The notes below the pieces were generated by a model. It was not told where the DNA came from and searched no databases. It saw nothing but the letters and a program-made list of their open reading frames with translations. A stretch of 64,000 nucleotides of DNA from Spirochaetia bacterium. GTDB lineage: Bacteria > Spirochaetota > Spirochaetia > UBA9216. Shown here in pieces: positions 58,399 to 64,000 of the stretch. The position numbers and the translations under genes are program-made. The stretch spans positions 2,048,001 through 2,112,000 of the forward strand of contig CAXXYH010000004.1 in assembly GCA_963677925.2 (NCBI GenBank). Reading direction: 5' to 3'. Position 1 is the first letter of the stretch. Each line of letters begins with the position of its first letter.

Positions 58399-59259
58399 AT
58401 GAAAAATAAAGATACCCTTACAAAAAAAGTATTAACATGGCAGAAAAACGGCACCGGCTATGATGATCTGCTTAAAGAAATATCAGCCATGGTTTATTCG
58501 TATCCGAAACGGCATTTCTGCTGGACCGAGGATCAATGTTCAGATTTTTATTGTTATTTCTATAAAAGAATAGAAAAAATTATGAAAGGCTTCCGATACT
58601 GCGGTATCCCGTTTAGAAGCTACCTGTATAGAAGTATAAAATGCCAGGTGCATACTTTTCACCGTAAAACACAGAAAAAGCAGCAGCAGAATGCACTGTT
58701 TTTTCATGAATCAAAAATTCTGATTGAAGAACTTGGCGACATAATGAATTCTTCAAAACTCAGACCTTCCGTACATGCTGTAAACATCCTTCAGCTTGAC
58801 AGAAAAAGGAACATGCTGAACACAGGAGCAGGACGGCGCGTGATAATGCTTGCCTTAAAAAGTGCACCTTTCCTTACCGACAGTCATATTGAGGCTGTTT
58901 CAAAAATGACTGGCTGTTCCGAGGACTGGTTTTTTGAAAAAGTCAGTAAATTGCGAAGAATAACAGAACGCAGAAGTAAGAGAATTAAAGAGTTTGATCT
59001 GAGGATTAACAGGGCATATCTGCAGATCTATCAGCTTCATACTGAAATAAGCAGCGGGATCACATTTGAAACCGGCGAAGTTGAAACTAAGCTGTCATTG
59101 GTAAAACAAAGGATGGATAAAGCCCTGAAGGGCAGGGAAAGCCTTCGGACAGTTCCTACGAACAGGGAGATTGCAGATGTACTGGAAGTCCCGAAAGGGT
59201 CAATCGATTCGGGACTTTATTACATTAAAAAAAGTCTCCAGCCCCTGCTTGAAGAATAA
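58399..59259 (+). CDS. Sigma-70-family-like protein (region 2-like N-terminus, region 4 HTH)
   Basis: EDQCSDFY..GFRYCGIPFRSYLYRSIK resembles region 2.2-2.4; PTNREIADVLEVPKGSIDSGLYYIKKSL resembles an ECF region 4.2 HTH. Confidence 0.6.
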   Translation: MKNKDTLTKKVLTWQKNGTGYDDLLKEISAMVYSYPKRHFCWTEDQCSDFYCYFYKRIEKIMKGFRYCGIPFRSYLYRSIKCQVHTFHRKTQKKQQQNALFFHESKILIEELGDIMNSSKLRPSVHAVNILQLDRKRNMLNTGAGRRVIMLALKSAPFLTDSHIEAVSKMTGCSEDWFFEKVSKLRRITERRSKRIKEFDLRINRAYLQIYQLHTEISSGITFETGEVETKLSLVKQRMDKALKGRESLRTVPTNREIADVLEVPKGSIDSGLYYIKKSLQPLLEE

Positions 59260-60084
59260 TCAGATTGTTTTAAGCTTTGTGCTTAAAATAGCCTGCTCAA
59301 CAGGAAATCTTTTCAATTCGAAGCGATCGGCAATTTCCGAACATCCGTCGAGTGAGGACAGAACGTTCTCGGGCTTATGGGCATCAGAATTATAAACAAC
59401 CTCGATATCGTACGCAGCGGCTTTTTCCCAGAAGGGCAGCAGCGGATATACGTGTCTTTTCCCCTCGGGGGTATCAACCATTTTCTTCCGGAGTCCGTAT
59501 CCGTTAATTTCAAGCGGTATTTTACATTGCTCGGCAGCCGACAGAATATCTGCTGCGCAGGCATCGGCGTTCTCATCCCACTTCATATAGCCGTAGCCGA
59601 AACTGTCGGGATGGGCAATGAAGCTGCAGTAACCGCATTCCATTAGATCAACAGTTTCCTTAACAAAGGATCTCAGATGAGCTGCTGAGGTCGCCTCTTC
59701 CAGCCATATCCAGCTGCCGTTGTGTTTTATCCAGTGAACTCCTCCGATCAGATAATCAATGTCGGTTCGCGAAAGAATAACATCCTCATAATATGAAGAA
59801 AAAGCCTTAACTATATCCATCTCAAACCCGCCAAGTACATTAATCCCGGGAAAGAGCTCCCTGGCTTCCTTTATTGCATCAAAATATCCGTCAAGTTCTT
59901 CTTCTTCCATCCGGTAGGCAGTCCATATTCCCTCAAGCATGGGCGGATGTTCTGTGAATCCTATGGAGCTTGCATTTTGTTCAGACGCTTGTTTAAGGTA
60001 ATCTTTTATATCTCCTGTTGCATGTTTGCAGCGGTAGGTATGTGTGTGAAAATTAAATTTCTGTTGAGTATTTGTATTGTTCAT
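59260..60084 (-). CDS. Histidinol-phosphatase, PHP family (HisJ/HisK type)
   Basis: NFHTHTYRCKHA, GFTEH, GFEMD, GGVH, IAHPD, LEIN, NSDAH. Confidence 0.85.
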   Translation of the reverse strand: MNNTNTQQKFNFHTHTYRCKHATGDIKDYLKQASEQNASSIGFTEHPPMLEGIWTAYRMEEEELDGYFDAIKEARELFPGINVLGGFEMDIVKAFSSYYEDVILSRTDIDYLIGGVHWIKHNGSWIWLEEATSAAHLRSFVKETVDLMECGYCSFIAHPDSFGYGYMKWDENADACAADILSAAEQCKIPLEINGYGLRKKMVDTPEGKRHVYPLLPFWEKAAAYDIEVVYNSDAHKPENVLSSLDGCSEIADRFELKRFPVEQAILSTKLKTI

Positions 60085-60142
60085 GATATATCATTCTCTA
60101 ATTTTAACCGATATTTATCAAGCAGGCCGGGCAAGAATTAAT

Positions 60143-60192
60143 TTGACAGTTTCACCGAATGCTTTATAATGAAACTGTTAACTTCACCGAAT
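60143..60192 (+). promoter_or_regulatory. Promoter with overlapping inverted and direct repeats
   Basis: TTGACA-16-TATAAT; inverted repeat ACAGTTTCA (60146) / TGAAACTGT (60170); direct repeat TTCACCGAAT at 60151 and 60183. Confidence 0.65.
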
Positions 60193-60229
60193 ATATTCAA
60201 TAACTTTAAATTATTTACAGAGGATGATT

Positions 60230-61228
60230 ATGAACAAGAGGGAAAACTGGTACAGACTATTGACCAATGATAATCCGGGATGGATTTCGACTCCGTGGGA
60301 GGCTTTCGATGGTAATTATTTCGGAAATGCCTTCATTCTGGAGCCCATAAGTACTGCCGTAAAGGGAGATCAGAAACCTGGAACCTTTCTTGATCAGTGG
60401 GGCGTTACCTGGATGCTTCCGGAGGATCATAAGTTTCCAAATCCCTATGTAACAGCAGAAAACAAGGCAATCAAGAATATAAAAAACTGGGAGAATGAAC
60501 TGATTCTTCCGCCTCTGGGCGGGCATGACTGGACTTCCGCAAAACAGAAAGCTGATTCTGTAAACCGTGAGGATTCAATTGCCTGCTGTATGGTTGTAGG
60601 CGGACTATTTGAGCGTACACATTATCTGATGGGCTTCGAAGACGCCCTCATAAACTATATGCTTGAGCCGGAAGCCATGTCGGCCCTTATCGGCGCAATA
60701 ACAGACTGGAAGATTGAACACCTAAGGCAGATTATTGAAAACCTCAATCCTGATGTTATTCTCTTTCACGATGACTGGGGCAATAAGGACAATCTTTTCA
60801 TGCAGCCCGATGTCTGGAGGAGCGTAATCAAACCTCATCAGCAGAAAATAGTTGATTTTGTAAAATCCAAGAAAGTCACATATCTTCATCATTCCGACAG
60901 CATATGCGAACCGATAGTTGAAGATATGGCCGATATGGGCATTGAAGGCTGGCAGGGAGTTATACCCCAGAATGACATACTCTCCATCCAGCAGAAGCTC
61001 AACGGAAGGATGGCCCTCATAGGCGGAATAGATGCACAGGTAATAGATATGCCTGAAGCAGATGAAGCCCTGATAAGGCAGGAAGTCAGAAACTGCATCG
61101 ACACCTATTGTCCCGCAGGTTCATTTATTCCATGTATTCCCAATATTCAGCCCATGCATGCCGATGTTGCGGAGATATACAATGATGAACTTGAAACTTA
61201 CGGGCGATCTTTCATGGAGAAACGCTGA
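60230..61228 (+). CDS. Uroporphyrinogen decarboxylase / MtaA-CmuA methyltransferase family protein
   Basis: DQWGVTW, GLFERTHYLMGFE, HDDWG, HHSD, LIGGID, EVRNCID..GSFIP. Confidence 0.85.
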   Translation: MNKRENWYRLLTNDNPGWISTPWEAFDGNYFGNAFILEPISTAVKGDQKPGTFLDQWGVTWMLPEDHKFPNPYVTAENKAIKNIKNWENELILPPLGGHDWTSAKQKADSVNREDSIACCMVVGGLFERTHYLMGFEDALINYMLEPEAMSALIGAITDWKIEHLRQIIENLNPDVILFHDDWGNKDNLFMQPDVWRSVIKPHQQKIVDFVKSKKVTYLHHSDSICEPIVEDMADMGIEGWQGVIPQNDILSIQQKLNGRMALIGGIDAQVIDMPEADEALIRQEVRNCIDTYCPAGSFIPCIPNIQPMHADVAEIYNDELETYGRSFMEKR

Positions 61229-61280
61229 TCTTCGGGGTTTTTATGTTGACAGTCTGTGCTCAGCTGTTATATTTAACTTT

Positions 61281-61562
61281 ATGGAAGATAAAGAAATAAA
61301 AACGAATCTTGAAGAATTGTCACGGGCTCTTTCAAGGGTTGATGATCCTGCTCTTATATACAGATTTCTCGAATGTCTGCTTACTCCCAATGAGATGAGT
61401 GAGGTTGCCAGCCGCTGGGCCCTTGTAAAAATGCTCGACGACGGCATAAGTCAGAGAAGCATCGCCAGCTCTCTTGGCCTCAGCCTATGCAAGATTACCC
61501 GCGGTTCCAAGGAGCTGCAGAAAGATGATTCCGCATTTAAAAAGATGATTGATATCTCCTGA
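61281..61562 (+). CDS. TrpR/YerC-like transcriptional regulator
   Basis: FLECLLTPNE..RW..ISQRSIASSLGLSLCKITRGSKEL. Start at MEDKE (61281). Confidence 0.88.
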   Translation: MEDKEIKTNLEELSRALSRVDDPALIYRFLECLLTPNEMSEVASRWALVKMLDDGISQRSIASSLGLSLCKITRGSKELQKDDSAFKKMIDIS

Positions 61563-61585
61563 TTTTTATTGACGTGCTTCTGTAT

Positions 61586-61611
61586 TAATGCTAAACATTT
61601 GTATAGTATTA
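61586..61611. promoter_or_regulatory. Imperfect palindrome over the dnaE promoter (candidate repressor/SOS-type operator)
   Basis: TAATGCTAAACATTTGTATAGTATTA, core CTAAACA-TT-TGTATAG; TTGACG at 61569. Confidence 0.45.
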
Positions 61612-64000
61612 TGAGGAAGCACGGGAAAACTGTAACACATCTTCATTGCCGTTCTCATTACAGCCTGCTTAACGGAATAATGTCTCCTGCCATGATCTGC
61701 CGGTCAGCAGCTCAAGCCGGAGAAAGTTCGGCGGCAGTTACAGATGTAAACAACCTGTATGCACTTCCTGAATTCATAGAAGCAGCAGCTTCTTCCGGTA
61801 TTAAACCGGTATGCGGAGCCGCCGTAGCCCTCCCCCAGGAAAACGGGAAAGGCGGCTCGCATCTTTTCACTGCCTACTGCCGGGACAGGAAGGGCTTTGC
61901 CCGGCTCAACAGCATAATATCAAAAATTAACTACAGTTATTCTCAGTATACAGAACGGAAGTTTTATGATCCTGTCTCCGACCTTCTTGAAAACGGCCGA
62001 GACGGTCTTGTTGTTGTGAGCAACCGGTATGATGTTCTTATGAGGCTGATTGCGGCGGGGAAAGAAGACCTGTATTACGGCCTCTACTACGGCACACCCT
62101 TCCGCGATGCGGTAATAAGGGCCCGAAAACACGGAATAAAAACTGCAGCATTAAATGAGGCCGTTTTTTCAGATGACAGTGACCGTTCCGCCCTTGCGGT
62201 TCTTCGGGCCGTCGGGAACAAGAGCACAATTGAGAAAACTTCCGCCGGTTCAGACTGGGCTTCCGCCTGCGGGGCAATGGCTCCCTCGGCTAATATTCTT
62301 GCCGGTGCGGAGCGTATGGACAGTTTTTTTTCATCGGTACCTGAAGCACTTGCCAATTCACGCAGAATTGCAGATGAAACCGCCGGAGCCGCGATTCTTC
62401 CCGACAAATGGATTTTTCCGCTTTACAGGGGAATGAACGAGGAGGAGGCAGGCCGGGAACTTTACCGTCTGTGCAGGGCCGCCCTTGCTGTGCGTTACCC
62501 GGAAGAGCAGAGGCCCGGAGCTCCTGTATCTGTAGGCCGGCCGCCGTTTTCACAAAGAGCAGCCGCCCTGCAGCGCCTTGAATACGAAATGGGTATAATC
62601 TGCCGCAAGGGCTTTGCCGGCTACTTTCTTGTCGTGCGTGATATTGTCATGAGGGCCCCCCGAACCTGCGGGCGGGGCAGCGCCGCATCAAGCATAGTTT
62701 CCTATCTTCTTGGTATAACCCATGTTGACCCGCTGCGGTATAATCTCTTTTTTGAGCGTTTTCTGAACATGGACCGCAATGATCCGCCGGATATCGATGT
62801 AGACTTTCCCTGGGATGAAAGGGAGAAGGCGCTTAACTATGTGTTTGAACAATACAGCGGTTCTTCGGCTATGGTCTGCGACCATGTTTTTTTCAAAAGG
62901 AGGGGTGCCGCCCGTGAAGCCGCCCGGGCCCTCGGTATGGATGAGGCCCGTGTGAACGCGCTTATGAAGAACTGGCGCGGGGGCAGGGGGGAGCCTCTTC
63001 CCGATTATGTGGCCGAAACTGCCGCAATGCTCTACCGCCAGCCGCGCTATATTGGAACACATCCGGGCGGAGTAGTTATTACTCCGGGCCCTATATGCAA
63101 TTATACGCATATACAGCCTTCTGCCTCCGGATACCCCGTTATTGCCTGGGAGAAGGACGGCGCGGAGTCTTCCGGTCTGATAAAAATCGATATCCTGGGA
63201 AACCGCTCCCTGGCTGTTCTGCGCGATACCATCAGGCTGGTAAACCCGAAGCGTGAGAATAAAATTGAGTGGGCATCTTTTCAGCCCTATTCGGATCAGC
63301 GGACAAGGCGCTACATAGAATCAGGCGATACCGCCGGCATCTTCTACATCGAATCACCTGCAACAAGGCAGCTGCTCAAGAAAATGGGCAGGGCCGACTT
63401 CGAGCACCTTGTTGCCGCAAGCTCAATAATAAGGCCCGCCGCAAACAAATGGATTAACGAGTATGTCCGGCGGCTGAAGGGCGGGGTGTACAGTCCTCTG
63501 CATCCGCTTCTTGCAGGAATACTTGATGAGACCTATGGAATTATGGTCTACCAGGAGGATGTCGCAAAGGTTGCCATTGCCGCCGCCGGATTCTCGCCTG
63601 GTGAGGCGGATCAGCTTAGAAAGATTCTGTCAAAGAAAAACCGGGCTGAGAAACTTCCGGCATGGAGGGCTCGCTTTACTGACGGGGCTGCTTCAAGAGG
63701 GGTTCCGGCAGCTGAGGCTGATGAGCTCTGGGCTGGAATCCTCTCCTTTGACGGTTATTCATTCTGCAAATCTCACAGCGCCTCCTATGCCCTTGTCTCA
63801 TACCGGCTTGCATGGCTCAAGCTGCGTTATCCGCTTGAGTTTATGATATCGGTAATAAATAACGGAGGCGGATTCTACTCCAGGCAGGTGTATCTGAACA
63901 TTGTAAGGCGAATGGGATTTCCTGTGATGATTCCGGATATAAACAGGAGTCAGAGAAAGTACAGTATTGAAAAAACAGGAACCGGAGAGGCCCTGAGAGC
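61611..64000 (+). CDS. dnaE: DNA polymerase III alpha subunit (probably secondary, DnaE2-type); 3' end runs off the window
   Basis: Missing from the ORF track because it is open-ended. The frame from ATG 61611 reads HLHCRSHYSLLNG, VTDVNNLY, CGRGSAASSIVSYLLGITHVDP, FERFLN..PPDIDVDF, HPGGVV, KIDILGNRSL, TYGIMVYQED, YSFCKSHSASYA. Confidence 0.92.
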   Translation, partial: MRKHGKTVTHLHCRSHYSLLNGIMSPAMICRSAAQAGESSAAVTDVNNLYALPEFIEAAASSGIKPVCGAAVALPQENGKGGSHLFTAYCRDRKGFARLNSIISKINYSYSQYTERKFYDPVSDLLENGRDGLVVVSNRYDVLMRLIAAGKEDLYYGLYYGTPFRDAVIRARKHGIKTAALNEAVFSDDSDRSALAVLRAVGNKSTIEKTSAGSDWASACGAMAPSANILAGAERMDSFFSSVPEALANSRRIADETAGAAILPDKWIFPLYRGMNEEEAGRELYRLCRAALAVRYPEEQRPGAPVSVGRPPFSQRAAALQRLEYEMGIICRKGFAGYFLVVRDIVMRAPRTCGRGSAASSIVSYLLGITHVDPLRYNLFFERFLNMDRNDPPDIDVDFPWDEREKALNYVFEQYSGSSAMVCDHVFFKRRGAAREAARALGMDEARVNALMKNWRGGRGEPLPDYVAETAAMLYRQPRYIGTHPGGVVITPGPICNYTHIQPSASGYPVIAWEKDGAESSGLIKIDILGNRSLAVLRDTIRLVNPKRENKIEWASFQPYSDQRTRRYIESGDTAGIFYIESPATRQLLKKMGRADFEHLVAASSIIRPAANKWINEYVRRLKGGVYSPLHPLLAGILDETYGIMVYQEDVAKVAIAAAGFSPGEADQLRKILSKKNRAEKLPAWRARFTDGAASRGVPAAEADELWAGILSFDGYSFCKSHSASYALVSYRLAWLKLRYPLEFMISVINNGGGFYSRQVYLNIVRRMGFPVMIPDINRSQRKYSIEKTGTGEALR

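Noticed and set aside
1-64000. CRISPR arrays, tRNA/rRNA, IS elements, prophage, selenocysteine read-through
   Set aside because: Intergenic gaps are short and showed no repeat-spacer periodicity or cloverleaf motifs; no transposase, integrase or phage genes; no gene appeared split at an in-frame TGA. Checked by eye only.

Overview
64 kb of a bacterial chromosome, most likely a free-living anaerobic spirochaete (inferred from the XPB plus helicase-associated gene pair, 'FAGGTKEE'-type and lipobox solute-binding proteins, spirochaete-style hrpA and a 4-subunit 2-oxoacid:ferredoxin oxidoreductase). It has about 60 protein genes. I found no rRNA, tRNA, CRISPR array, integrase or transposase. Housekeeping blocks (xpb, ECF transporter, typA, vor operon, iscS-thiI, trmL, aroB-nudC-hrpA, dnaE) are interrupted by two accessory blocks: an AT-rich YesMN / sugar ABC / aldo-keto reductase / LsrK cluster (10.7-20.0 kb) and a surface-lipoprotein plus TetR-thiolase-DUF35 block (24.1-32.9 kb). 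Most notable: (1) a four-gene PspA-like / SPFH-GYF / tandem TerB / RanBP2-zinc-finger membrane operon; (2) a sigma-factor-like gene directly behind a sigma-54 (-24/-12) promoter motif; (3) about a dozen transcription units that look leaderless; (4) a soluble MotA-cytoplasmic-domain / FliG-C fusion; (5) an LsrK AI-2 kinase in a non-lsr context; (6) a His-to-Glu pseudokinase, an orphan DUF285 C-terminal relic and several clear operator palindromes. All family calls come from recognising motifs by eye; no database searches were run.
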